Source of the DNA: Rebecca billardiae RCC1528
Taxonomy: Eukaryota; Protista; Haptophyta
Length of the DNA stretch: 64,000 nt
Assembly: GCA_965240325.2 (NCBI GenBank)
Contig: OZ251224.1
Location: forward strand, 744,001 to 808,000
Direction: 5' to 3'
Part shown: piece by piece, positions 23,042 through 33,838 of the stretch
How the letters are laid out: each line of letters begins with the position of its first letter
Numbering within the stretch: position 1 is the first letter of the stretch
Program-made: the position numbers and the translations under genes
Notes under the pieces: generated by a model
Told to the model about the DNA's origin: nothing
The model's input: the letters and a program-made list of their open reading frames with translations, nothing else
Databases searched by the model: none

Positions 23042-23947
23042 ATGGGCGGCGTGCGCATCCGCTTGCGCATGCCCTCGGGTCAGTCCGTGTTGACTGCTGA
23101 CGACACCATCACGGTCGCCGGGTTGAGGGCGATGATCGAAGAAAAGGCCGCGATCCCTGCGTCTCGCTTGGAGCTGCTCGTCGGCTACCCGCCGACAAAA
23201 ATGCGAGATGACCACCACATCCAAGACGGGGAGACAATCATCGTGAGGGAGGAGGCCAAGCCAGCCGACGCCGCTTCCCCGGCCGTGGCTCCCAAGCCAG
23301 TCGCGCCCGTGACAGCACCTGCATTGCCAAGCTCAAGTAATGACGGCGTCGTCGTCCGCAAGGTGATCCCCGCAGACAACAATTGCCTGTTTGCCGCCAT
23401 CATCCACGTGCTGCAGCTGCCGATGATGCCGCAGGCGTTGCGAGAGGTGGTGAAGCAGCGCGTGCTCGATGATCCAGTCGAGTACAACGAGGGCGTGCTA
23501 GGCATGCCCGCGGACAAGTACGTCGCGTGGATCACGAACAAGGACCACTGGGGTGGCGAGATCGAGATCGCGATCCTGAGCAAGCACTTCCAGAAGCAGA
23601 TCGCCGCGTTTGACATTGTCTCGCAGCAGTGCCTGCGGTACGGCGAGAGCGAAGGCTACGCGGAGATGGTCGCTCTGCTTTACGATGGCGTACACTATGA
23701 CGCGATGATCATGCTGCCCTTTGCCGGCGCCCCAGAGGAGTTTGCCACGACGCAGTTCGCATCGAGTGACGAGCGCGTGATCGCGCTCGCCAAGGAGCTG
23801 CAGGCGGAGGCGCACCGCCAGCGCCAGTTCACCGACACGGCGAAATTCACCCTGCGTTGCCTCGTGTGTCAGGCGGGGCTTGTGGGAGAACGTGGTGCGC
23901 AGGAGCATGCAAAGTCGACCGGCCACACCAACTTCTCGGAATACTGA
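23042..23947 (+). CDS. OTU1: OTU1/YOD1 deubiquitinase
   Basis: Ub-like domain (LLVGYPP), OTU catalytic motifs PADNNCLF, WGGEIEI and YDGVHYD, and C-terminal zinc finger LRCLVC..AQEHAKSTGHTNFSEY. Confidence 0.96.
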   Translation: MGGVRIRLRMPSGQSVLTADDTITVAGLRAMIEEKAAIPASRLELLVGYPPTKMRDDHHIQDGETIIVREEAKPADAASPAVAPKPVAPVTAPALPSSSNDGVVVRKVIPADNNCLFAAIIHVLQLPMMPQALREVVKQRVLDDPVEYNEGVLGMPADKYVAWITNKDHWGGEIEIAILSKHFQKQIAAFDIVSQQCLRYGESEGYAEMVALLYDGVHYDAMIMLPFAGAPEEFATTQFASSDERVIALAKELQAEAHRQRQFTDTAKFTLRCLVCQAGLVGERGAQEHAKSTGHTNFSEY

Positions 23948-24029
23948 CATCAATATGTGCGTGCTGCCGCTGCCGGCTGTGCGACTCAGCAACTTGAACT
24001 TGATGCATGTCCTTATCAGTGAAAGACTA

Positions 24030-24075
24030 CTCGCCTGCCTGAGCTGTGTGCGTCTCTTATTCTTAGTAAACTGTA
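24030..24075 (+). repeat. Short dispersed repeat (CGCCTGCCTGAGCTGTGTGCGTCTCTTATTCTTAGTAAACTG-TA), copy 1
   Basis: Same sequence at 32224-32324, 44112-44161 and (reverse) 46136-46235. Confidence 0.9.
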
Positions 24076-24449
24076 CCGTTCACATTCAATTTCAAGACTA
24101 AGCTAGGCGCGGTCGCGCGGATGAGTCACTATTTGCTGACGATGAGTTAGCATCAGCAGACTGTTCTAACTACCGTTATCCGATTGACAATCCGACTCTC
24201 GGAGTGAGTGCTGATCCGACGATGAGTTTCGTAAGCGGTAAGTAAAGTCTCGGCACCGGCTACGTGATCCCGGTCCGACCGCTGCCACTGGTGTGTCCGA
24301 GATGGTGCCTCAGTCTGCTGATGACTGCTTCAACGCGCGATATGTGCCATGCATGTGGTCGTGGATGCCAGGATGAGGATGGCTGGACGACGAGTCGTAT
24401 ACGATATAGAATAGCCGCAAGCCCTCCAACCCTCAGTGGCACTGAGTCG

Positions 24450-26763
24450 TCACCGTTCAGGGAGCGCAAAGCTCGAGAGCGTGCTCACGATGCGGTCGAC
24501 CCCCGCCGTGTCCTTGTCGAGGCAGACGTCGAGCCCCGCCTGCTGGAAGTCGTCGCGGTCCCTGCTCCCGGTCGGATCGCCGGTCATGCCGATGATCAGC
24601 CCGCGGTAGCCGTTGGCGCGCAACTCGCGCGCCGTCTCCGCGCCGGTCAGCCGCGGCATCTGCGCGGCAGGGGGACGTGCGGGTCCGCCGGGTCGTGTGC
24701 GCCACCATCCGCGCGCGCGCGGCGGCCGAGCGCGGCGCGGCCCGCGCGCGCCGCACCTGGTTGTCGAGCACGACGGCTGCGTAGTTCGTGCGCGAGGCGA
24801 GCTCGAGCGCCTGCGCGCCGTCCTCGGCCTGGTCGAAGGGCACGCCCAGCGCGCCGAACGTCTGCATCGGCAGCGTGAGCCGCAGGAAGGCGTCGTCCTC
24901 CACGTGCAGCACGCGGAAGCCCTCGGGGAACGCGCGCGCGCGCCGCGCGGGCTCGGGCGCGGGCGAGGCGGCCGGCGCGTCGCGGCCGGCTTCGGGCGCG
25001 CCGGCGGGCTGGCGCGCGACGGGCAGCTGCAGCCGCATCTGGAATGTGGTGCCCTTGCCCTCGCCCTCGGAGTGCAGGTGGAGCGTGCCGCCGTGCAGCG
25101 CGACCAGCTGGCGGGTGACGACGAGCCCGAGGCCGGTGCCGCCGTTGCCCTGCAGCTGGCCCTGCCCCACCTGCGTGAACATCTCGCCCTCGCCGAGCGC
25201 CGCGAGCTGTGAGGCGCTCAGTCCGTAGCCGCTGTCGCGCACCTCGATGCAGATCGACTGCGCGTCGGCGACGCCCGGCTGCAGCGGGTGCACGCGCGCG
25301 GGCGGCCCCGCCGAGGAGCCCGCGCTGTCACGCGCTCTGCTCGGCTGCGCGTCGGCGACGCCCGGCTGCAGCGGGTGCACGCGCGCGGGCGGCCCCGCCG
25401 AGGAGCCCGCGCTGTCACGCGCGCTGCGCAGGCCGCTGCTCAGCCGCGCGGCGCGGCCGGGGCTCGCGCCGCACGAGGCGGGGGCCGTGTCGGCGGGCGC
25501 GCCGCGCGCGTCGCCGTCGTCGAGCGCGCTCGCCGAGATCAGGATCCAGCCGCCGGCCGGCGTGAACTTGAGCGCGTTGGACACGCCGTTGTTGAGGCAC
25601 TGCTCGAGCCGGCGCACGTCGCCGCGCAGCCGGAGCGACGCGAGCGGCGCGTCGAGCGGCCGCATCGAGAGCGCGACGCCCTTCTCCGCCGCCTGGCCGG
25701 CGAAGAGCGCACGCGTGGCCTCGAGCAGCTCGGCGAGCGCGAAGGGCGTCGGCACGAGCGCGAGCCGGCCCGCGTCGACGCGCTCGAAGTCGAGCATGTC
25801 CGAGACGATGTGCTCCATCAGCCCGACGCACGCGTGGAGCGTGGAGAGGAGCGCGGGCACCGGCGCGCGCCCGACGGGCGCGTCGGGCGGCAGGGCGCGG
25901 AGCACGGCGGTCGAGTTGGCCACCGAGAGCAGCGGGCTGCGCAGGTCGTGCATCACGATCCGGATCAGCCGCGAGCGCGCCTCGCGCGCCGCGCTCGCCT
26001 TGTCGAGCTCGAGTGCGTGCTTTGCGCGCTCCCGCGTCTGCCGCGCGCGCTCGGCGACGGTCGCGCGCACCGTGCGGTGGAAGTACCACTGAGAGCGGAC
26101 GATCGACATCACGTGGCGGCGGCCGAACGCGATGGGCAGCAGCACGAGCGCGTACACCACGATCGCGAACGCGCGCCCCACGCTGGCGGGCCCACCGAGC
26201 GCCTCGCCCGCGGCCACGCCCGCCCACGCGCTCGCCGCGACGAGCGCAAAGAGCTGCGGGCGGAGCGGCACGAAGACGCCGACGACGAAGAGCCAGAAGC
26301 AGAAGCGCAGCGCGATCACCTGCCCGTCGAGCGCGTCCGACGACCGATCGCGCCCGCCCGCCGCGCCCGCGTGCCGCGCCAAGACAGAGTCGAGCCGCTC
26401 GGGGAACTGCATCGTGACCGCGAGCGCGCACAGCGTCGCGGTGAGCACCGGCTCGGTGCGCGCGAGCGGCGCACCGAGCCTGGGGGCGGCGAAGCACCAC
26501 AGCGCCCCGCCCAGCATGAGCGCCGCGTGCAGCAGCGGCATGTAGGCCTCCGCGGACGAGAGCGGCGCGCCGACCGCCAGCCTCGACGCCGACTGCGCGA
26601 CGGCGCCCGCCGCCGTGATCAGGCAGACCGTGCCGCCGATCCGCTCGAGCGGCGCCTTGACCATATCGACCCGGTACTCCGCCTCGAGCGCCCGGTCGAG
26701 GAAGGCGCCCCAGCGGTCGGTCGGCGGCATCGACAGCTCGAGAGCGGGCTCCTCCTCACCCAT
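24450..26763 (-). CDS. Membrane-bound hybrid histidine kinase (TM-HisKA-HATPase-REC)
   Basis: H-box MHDLRSPL, N-box NGVSNALKFT, G1 VRDSGYG, G2 GTGLGL. REC: HVEDD, VLDNQ|MP, MTG, LDK, with an intron at 24660-24756. About 6 N-terminal TM segments. Confidence 0.93.
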
Positions 26764-28068
26764 GATGGCGGGAAGGTCGTCGCCCCAAATATCCCGAGTG
26801 GGCAGGCGTGGGGGTTCACAGCCGATGGGGCCAACCGAAAAGGGCCGGGTACGTTTCCGGACTCTCGCTGTGGAGTGAGCCCGGGAGTCGCCCACCCGGC
26901 TGCTGGGCGCACGAGCGCGAGCTGGCCTCCGGCGTGAAGCCGAGGTGGAGCCAACTCGTCATTCAGCTCGCAGGCGGCCCGGCTCCTGCGGCCGACCGCC
27001 CTGCTCGCGCATCCGCCTGCCTGCTTTGTCGTGGAGGCCAAACCGACCGGCACAGCCCGACGCCGCCGCGCGGCGGCCAGTCGGGGTGTCGTGTCGCGAT
27101 ATGCGGGTGCGCGCCTCGCGGGGCAGGTTGTACTGTCCCGCCTGGTCGCTACCCTCCGTACATTCCCTCGCAAGCGCCCGCGAACGCTGATCCTCGCCGC
27201 GGGCCCATGTGCGCACCCGAGTGCCCCTGTCGAGCCAGTCTGGTGCGAGCATTAAACGATGGTACGGGCCGGGAGGCGTGGTGCGCGACGTCACCGAGGC
27301 CGTGGGCCAGCTAGGCACCGCTTCCGCGCCCACCAGTAGCCTGTGGGCCGACCACGCGTTCGACCGTGCACCCGATGGCCGACACGCGGTGCTCCGCGGC
27401 TGAAGCGCGCCGTGCGCTCAGGCGCGAGCGGCCGCGAAGTTGCCGGGTAGACGCGGTGCGCACGCTCTGTCAGTTGCGGATCAGCATCGCGCGAAGCTCT
27501 GCTGCCCCCACCTGAATGCTCGCAGCACCCACCACACGGCCTGCCAGTCGCGCGCGCTGCGCCGCCACCTCACACGACGAATGCGGCTGTTGGGATACTG
27601 CGTATCATTGTGGGCTCAACTTGAGACTCGCAGACACGGCGCTAGAAAGCACCGTAACATCCGCGCACCCTCTCGCCCTTCTTTGTAGCCACACTGCGCC
27701 TGGGAGACCGGATAGGTAACGGACGAGCACGAGTGCACGACATTGTATGGCGTGCCTCGTCGTAGTTGAGTACGGCCGTGCCATGCCGCCACTCAAGAGT
27801 TAAGGGTGCGTGATGATCGACTGTGATTTCTGAGTATTTCGCCTTTCGGTGCGTACGTCGTACCAGTTGGCCTCGTCTCACGTTGGAGTGGAGATCACTG
27901 GACTACCCATCTGCCCCGACCGACAGCTGCCAAGCATCAATCACCCGGGCATTGGCCCGACGCGGGCCCGTTCAGTCTAGGTCCAACATCTGTCAGACAG
28001 TCAGAAATAAGACAGAATAGTGACCTAGCTTAACTCACTGCTTTAAGTAATAAGTGACTCACTATACC

Positions 28069-28387
28069 GCCGTTGTTATATATATATATACATTACGCCG
28101 TTGTAAATAATGTATAGTGTTCAATACGGTGCTGGCACTCGCTGATCAGCCGAGTACGGTACTGTCCACCCTCCCGAGCCAGCTGATGAGGCGTTATCCG
28201 CACGCGGTCCCGTCCGGCCGTCAGGCCCGAGCGCCGTTGTTATGTACATTACGCCGTTGTAAATAATGTATAGTGTTCAATACGGTGCTGGCACTCACTG
28301 ATCAGCCGAGTACGGTACTGTCCACCCTCCCGAGCCAGCTGATGAGGCGTTATCCGCACGCGGTCCCGTCCGTCCGTCAGGCCCGAG
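28069..28387. repeat. Tandem duplication of about 160 bp
   Basis: GCCGTTGTTAT..ACATTACGCCG...GGCCCGAG occurs twice, nearly identical. Confidence 0.9.
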
Positions 28388-28522
28388 GCCGTGGGCCTAT
28401 GGCATTATTATTATCGTCATTATGTATGATGGCCGGTCCAATCTGGCAGCCTGCTAGAGCTAGATATATGAGACGAGAGAGAGAGCTAGAGAGATCTCGA
28501 GAGAGCCAGACCCAGAGCTAGA

Positions 28523-29140
28523 CGGATATCCCACTGCAACAGATAGGATCTGATCCTGTGGCATAGGATGAGTTCACCAGAGCGCCAGCGGCTCAGTTTT
28601 GCGCATACGATCATCGGTGTTGCTATATCGTACACACAACTCCACCGGCTGTCGACACACACCATCTCCGCCTGCCGCCACTGCCACGGCGGTCGCGCGC
28701 GCGCGCGATCCTATGCCATAGGATCCGCGCCAGGGACGCGGCTACATAGGATCGGCATAACAGCGTCAGTTGCTCGCCCCTGGCAGCCGAGCGGCGACCC
28801 TGGGCACGGACGGCGCCGGCGAGTGCTCGCACCGGATGCCCGCGCTGCCGCCCGCACCGCCGCCCACGCCGCCAGGCGCGTTGCTGCCCGTGGCGCTTCA
28901 CGCGCTCCATCCGTGGAGCCCAAAACATGCGGTGCTGGTGGTCGAAAATCACAACAAGCTCGCTCTGGCGGATGGTGGCGACACTGCTACCGACCCCTAG
29001 GTGCAGTCGTACCATTCGGCAACATGAGAAAAGTCTGCTGAGTCGTCCCTGGGGCCATCCTAATCTACTAGGAATCCTATGCCATACGGTCGACGATTGT
29101 AAACTCCTATGGGATAGTGATCGCAGTGATGGGATATCCG
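28523..29140. mobile_element. MITE-like element
   Basis: Inverted termini ACGGATATCCCA / TGGGATATCCGT, internal repeats of a TCCTATG(C)CATAGGA palindrome, and (GA)-rich flanks on both sides. Confidence 0.6.
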
Positions 29141-29249
29141 TAGAGAGATCGAGATCGAGATCGAGATCGAGATCGACGAGATCGAGAGAGTAGAGCAGCC
29201 TATGTACGTATATGGGGGTAGTAGGCTAGCAGTTTAAAATTCTAGATAG

Positions 29250-32099
29250 CTACGGATGCGACCACGTCGTGAGCTCGAGCGAAAACGCCACGCCCGGGAT
29301 GTCTCGCCTCACCTCGTCGTTGTTGGCATCGGCATCTGCCGCCGAGCTGCCACCGACCTTGAAGGAGGTCTCGCCCGCGCGAGACGGTGCTGCAGCTGTG
29401 CCGCCCGCCGCGCCGCCCGCGGACGCCAGCGCGGTGCCGCCCGCAGCTCCGGGTGGCGGGCCCGCACGGGGTGGCAGGGCTGAACCGGCGCGGCGGAACG
29501 AGGACGGGCCTCCCAAGCTCTGAGTCATGGCGTCCGTCAGCAGCTTCTGCTGGAGCGCTGAGATGTACAGCTTGAGGCCTTCGGCCGCGACCCACAGCGG
29601 CTGCGTGCTCCCACTCTCCAGCGCGTTGTACCCGCCCTGCACGAGCAGCGGCGCCTGGTCCGCGAGCCCGTCCGGACGGACCGTTCGGCCGAGCACGGTG
29701 ATGACGAGGACGGCGCACACGCTCGCCGACATCCACATCACCGAGTGGTTGCACGAGGCAAGGACGTGCACCTCCTCGGCCGAGATGAAGTCGATCGCTG
29801 CCTTGACGTACGCCCCAAAGCGGTGGGTGCTCGTGGATACGTGTGGCGAGACGAAGCCGCAGCTGCTCTCCTCCTCCCCGTGGTGCCACTTGGCCAGCTG
29901 GTGCGCGCGCCACACGTACGCACACACCGCGACGATCGTGTGCAGCACGACGGCGAGAGGCAGCAGCTGACCGAGCACCATCGAGAGGACGAGCCGGCTC
30001 GAAGTCTTCGGCAGCGGCGGCAGCTGCCTGAGCAGGTTGATCTTGTCCACCGCGTAGGAAAGCAGGCAGCCTGCGAGCGCGGTGGCGGCGGGCGCGCGCG
30101 CATGGCGGCAGCGAGCAGCCACGGTGAGCGTGCGCGGCGAGGCGACGCGTCCAGGCAGCGAGCGTGCGCGCGCACCCGCTGAGGCGAGCGCGTAGACCGT
30201 AGGCGAGAAGGGCGCAAAGATCAGCGCGAGCACGAGGTACTTGAGCACTAGCGAGAGCCGCGCCGGCATGTACAGGGGGTCCTCCGCGTGCCACAGCGCG
30301 TTGGCCTCCGCCTGCGAGCGCGCAAACGGCGCGAGGATGAGCCGGCGCACGAGCGCGAGCGGCCGGAGCAGCGAGAGCACGTCCGAGACGACGATGGTGA
30401 ACATGACGATCTCGGAGACCATCGAGCACGCTGCGTCGTACCACGCCGCGTTGAGCAGGAAGTCCTCGTCCCAGAAGAGCAGCAGCGCGCCCGCGAGCGA
30501 GTTGAGCACTTGGTAGATTCCCAGCTGCAGACACATCGCATTGTTGCGCCGCGTGCGATCCTGCCAGCCCTCGTGCGCGACAAAGTACGGCACGCAGACG
30601 TTGATCAGCACGTTGCCCGTGACGATGCAGACGGGAGAGACCACGCGCACGAACGTCCAGTGGTCGCCCGAGCCCCAGATCGGCTTGATGAACCTGGCGC
30701 GCGCGCGAGGCAGTGCGCGCATGCGCGTGGAAGGGAGCACGGCTGATGAGCGCGGCCGTGCGCAAACGCACGCGGGCGCTGTGCCACTGGCGGCGCCGCC
30801 TCCGCTCCGCGGCACGGCGGCGGCAGCGCTCGCGCGCGGCGCGCGGCGCGCGCACCTCAGCACGACCATCACCACCGACGCGATCAGCGTCACCCCGATC
30901 GACATCAGCATGCCGGTGAGCTTGCGCGACGAGCGCTCGGGCGCGCTCATGTGCAGGTCCTCCCAGATCACGTCGCTCGGCTCGGGCGCGCGCCGGCCGC
31001 GCACGTGCCGGCCGTCGATGTAGCGGATGTGGCGGATCTCCTCGGTGACCTGCAGCGCGTCGTTCATCCGGTTGAACACGGCGAAGGCCACGCCGGTGCA
31101 TCGCTGCGCCTTCGCAATCTCCTCGCGCAGCTCCTGCAGCAGCTGGTGCTCGCGTACGAGCAGCGCATCGCGCCTGCGCAGCACGCGCTTGTTCTGGTGC
31201 AGCACCACGTCGCGCGTGGTGTTGCGCAGCCGCCTGCGCACGGCATCGAGGCGGTTCATCGTCGCCAGCTGCTTCCGCTCGTCCATCACCACCGTCGTGC
31301 CGATCAGCTGCACGCCGAAGAAGTTCTCGCGGAGCCACGTCGACAGCTCCGTCGCCGTCGTGGTCGCGGGCAGGCCTCTGATCTCGACTGTGTAGTCGGC
31401 CGCGGTCACGAGGTCCTGGTCGACGCGGAGGCGGAACTGCGTGTACACCCGGCGGAGGATGATGGTGACCAGCGCAAGGAACACCGAGCCGATCGCGTCG
31501 TACATACCGTGCGCGTTGTTCAGGATAGTCGCGTTGCCGAGCGAGCCGACTGCGCCGGGGAAGGGCAGCTCGATGCGCCCAGATGTGATCGCGCCGCCCG
31601 CCGTGTTGAGCATGAGCGCCTTGATGTTGAGCGCGAAGAGGATGGCAAAGATGATGCCGAACTCGAGCTCGAAGCGAAGCACGAGCACCGTGCCCACGCC
31701 CTCCACCGCCGCGAGCGGGATGAGCGAGAACGAGACGAGCGAGAAGACGCGGCCATAGATGTCGCGCGGCAGCGCCTTCCACGCACGGTTTGCTGCGCTG
31801 GTCAGCGAGATGGGGCCCGGCGCAATGAGGTGGCGTCGGAACGTCGACTGGATCCGAGTCGCCGCGTCCTGCTGGAGCTCCCTCTCCCGCAAGATCTTCC
31901 CCGCGGCCCTGCCGCGCAGGCGCTGAAGGCCTTTGAACGAGCGCTGCTCCAGCGCGGCGTCTGTGCCGTCCGAGCCAGGCCCGCCGCTCACGTCGGATTC
32001 CAGCGAGTCCTTCGACGCGGGTGCTGGTGGCTTTGCGGACTCGAAAGCTACGGTCGCGCGCTTGCGCCCGCAACCGCAGCGCGTGAGCGCAGCCCCCAT
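29250..32099 (-). CDS. TMC/OSCA(TMEM63)-like membrane channel with IQ motif
   Basis: TAADYTVEIRGLP, AFAVFN, RAPEPSDVIWEDL, VDKINLLR and many TM segments; IQ motif AATRIQSTFRRHL. In-frame introns at 30694-30855 and 30071-30175. Start inferred at MGAALTRCGC. Confidence 0.8.
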   Translation of the reverse strand: MGAALTRCGCGRKRATVAFESAKPPAPASKDSLESDVSGGPGSDGTDAALEQRSFKGLQRLRGRAAGKILRERELQQDAATRIQSTFRRHLIAPGPISLTSAANRAWKALPRDIYGRVFSLVSFSLIPLAAVEGVGTVLVLRFELEFGIIFAILFALNIKALMLNTAGGAITSGRIELPFPGAVGSLGNATILNNAHGMYDAIGSVFLALVTIILRRVYTQFRLRVDQDLVTAADYTVEIRGLPATTTATELSTWLRENFFGVQLIGTTVVMDERKQLATMNRLDAVRRRLRNTTRDVVLHQNKRVLRRRDALLVREHQLLQELREEIAKAQRCTGVAFAVFNRMNDALQVTEEIRHIRYIDGRHVRGRRAPEPSDVIWEDLHMSAPERSSRKLTGMLMSIGVTLIASVVMVVLRCARRAPRASAAAAVPRSGGGAASGTAPACVCARPRSSAVLPSTRMRALPRARARFIKPIWGSGDHWTFVRVVSPVCIVTGNVLINVCVPYFVAHEGWQDRTRRNNAMCLQLGIYQVLNSLAGALLLFWDEDFLLNAAWYDAACSMVSEIVMFTIVVSDVLSLLRPLALVRRLILAPFARSQAEANALWHAEDPLYMPARLSLVLKYLVLALIFAPFSPTVYALASAGARARSLPGRVASPRTLTVAARCRHARAPAATALAGCLLSYAVDKINLLRQLPPLPKTSSRLVLSMVLGQLLPLAVVLHTIVAVCAYVWRAHQLAKWHHGEEESSCGFVSPHVSTSTHRFGAYVKAAIDFISAEEVHVLASCNHSVMWMSASVCAVLVITVLGRTVRPDGLADQAPLLVQGGYNALESGSTQPLWVAAEGLKLYISALQQKLLTDAMTQSLGGPSSFRRAGSALPPRAGPPPGAAGGTALASAGGAAGGTAAAPSRAGETSFKVGGSSAADADANNDEVRRDIPGVAFSLELTTWSHP

Positions 32100-32223
32100 G
32101 TGTCGTCGGCGCACTGCTTTTTGAGCTGCAGGACTCAGATCGCCATCCTGAAGATGCCCAAGAAGATCACCGGACCAACGGCCCTTGACCGGACGACCCA
32201 TGAACTTGTCTTCTTGCTACCAA

Positions 32224-32324
32224 CGGCGCTACCATCGGCGACGGCTTCATGGGCGGTGACAGTTGGCGGGCGTCAATCTCGCCTGCCTTGAGCTGTGTGC
32301 GTCTCTTATTCTTAGTAAACTGTA
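32224..32324 (+). repeat. Short dispersed repeat, copy 2
   Basis: Reverse complement of 46136-46235; ends AAACTG-TA. Confidence 0.9.
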
Positions 32325-32451
32325 CTAATACTACGACGGTACTACTGCAGCAGTTGACTATGACCAGCATGACGACGCTTCGCGCGCGCACCCGGCGTAC
32401 GGCACAGCCTGCCTGGGAGCAGCCCGGTCAGTGCCGGCGCGAGACAGCGGC

Positions 32452-33726
32452 CTAGGACTCTGCAGCGGCGCCAGCCGGCGGCGCGCTTGTGCCTGTGGAC
32501 TGCCCCGCGGCTCCGGGACTGGCGCCGGCGGCCGCGCGCTGCTCTGCGGCCGCCTCCCAGCCTGCGAGTGCGTCCTCCCCCGCGGCGTGCGGTGTGCTGC
32601 CGAGGAAGCGGCTCAGGTTGGCAAGGGGCGGGATGGAGCTCACCATGCTCTTGCACTCGATCGAGTGCGCAAGCTCGGACGCGGGCACCTCCTTCTCAAA
32701 GTAGACGTTGTCGTTGTCGCGCCTGGCCACCTCGTACTCCACCTCGATCGGCTTGCGCCTCGCGCGGAGATGCTCGGCAAGGCCGGACGCGGCGCGCGGC
32801 GTGGCGGCCTCGGCCTTGCCCAGCTGCTCAAGAGCAAATGCAAGGTGCGAAACGGCGAGGCCGTGCTTTCGCTCCGACCGGCGTACCGCGCCCGCACAGA
32901 AGTGCGCCTGTGCCAGCGCCGTGCACGCGAGCGCCTCGACGTGCGTGCGCGCCGCGCCTGCCGCGCACTTTGGCAGCATCTCCTGCGCCTCACGCAGGTC
33001 GAGCGCCGCCTGGCCCCAGAGCTTGCCCTGAACGCCCGCGCTCGTCGTCGCCTCAGCGTGCAGCGCGAAGCAACACTGCCCCTGACCAAGAGCGAGCAGC
33101 TCAAGCGCGCGCAGGCTCGGCGGCAGCACGTCCTCGTGCAGCGGCGTCGCCGAAGCCGCAGACTCGAGGATCCCCTCGGCGTGTGCGCGCGCCGCCTGGA
33201 AGCTGCCGGCCGCGCACTGGAGGGCGAGCGCGGCGGGCTGGAGGCCGACGTCTCCACGCGCCGCGTAGCCCATGAGGAGCACGCCCAGATTGAACATCAG
33301 GCCGAGCCGTTCGAACTCGAGCACGCCGCCGTGCTCGCGGCGCTCGACAAACTGCCATGCGTTCCGCCAAACAAAGTGGAGCTTGGACGCGGCGGCCTGA
33401 CGGATGAGGTCGGCGCCGCCGCCGAGGCGCTCGAAGCGAGCGAGGAGCTCGATATAGCTCACGGTGCCGTGTACCCCGCCGCGAATTGTCTCAGAAGTCG
33501 CATTGGCCTCGTGCGCCCTTATCGCCTCACCCCTCGCGGCGCGCAGTGCATCCGCGGCGCGATGGGCGTCGGCAAGGCTCGGCTGTCCGCCTCCGGCGGG
33601 CAGCGCTTCGCGGACGAGTAGGAGGCCAGCCTGCCAGTCGATGGCCTCCGAGATGCCCGTCGGCTCGGTGCTCTTCAGGGGCGGAACGTAGAAGCCTTCA
33701 CGCAAACTCGCCGGGGCGGCCGCCAT
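32452..33726 (-). CDS. BRO1-domain protein (BROX-like; no V domain)
   Basis: FYVPPLKST, FVWRNAW, FERLGLMFNLG, LQCAAGSF, LALGQGQCCF, ARRDNDNVYFEKEVP. Confidence 0.85.
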   Translation of the reverse strand: MAAAPASLREGFYVPPLKSTEPTGISEAIDWQAGLLLVREALPAGGGQPSLADAHRAADALRAARGEAIRAHEANATSETIRGGVHGTVSYIELLARFERLGGGADLIRQAAASKLHFVWRNAWQFVERREHGGVLEFERLGLMFNLGVLLMGYAARGDVGLQPAALALQCAAGSFQAARAHAEGILESAASATPLHEDVLPPSLRALELLALGQGQCCFALHAEATTSAGVQGKLWGQAALDLREAQEMLPKCAAGAARTHVEALACTALAQAHFCAGAVRRSERKHGLAVSHLAFALEQLGKAEAATPRAASGLAEHLRARRKPIEVEYEVARRDNDNVYFEKEVPASELAHSIECKSMVSSIPPLANLSRFLGSTPHAAGEDALAGWEAAAEQRAAAGASPGAAGQSTGTSAPPAGAAAES

Positions 33727-33838
33727 CCCTGCAAAGACCCGGACGCGCGCGCAGGAGACCCGGACTGCGGAGTTCGCAAAGGCCGCTTTCGTCTCTGTGC
33801 ACGAGGACGGCCTCATCATCAGCGACCGAGCGGCTGGG

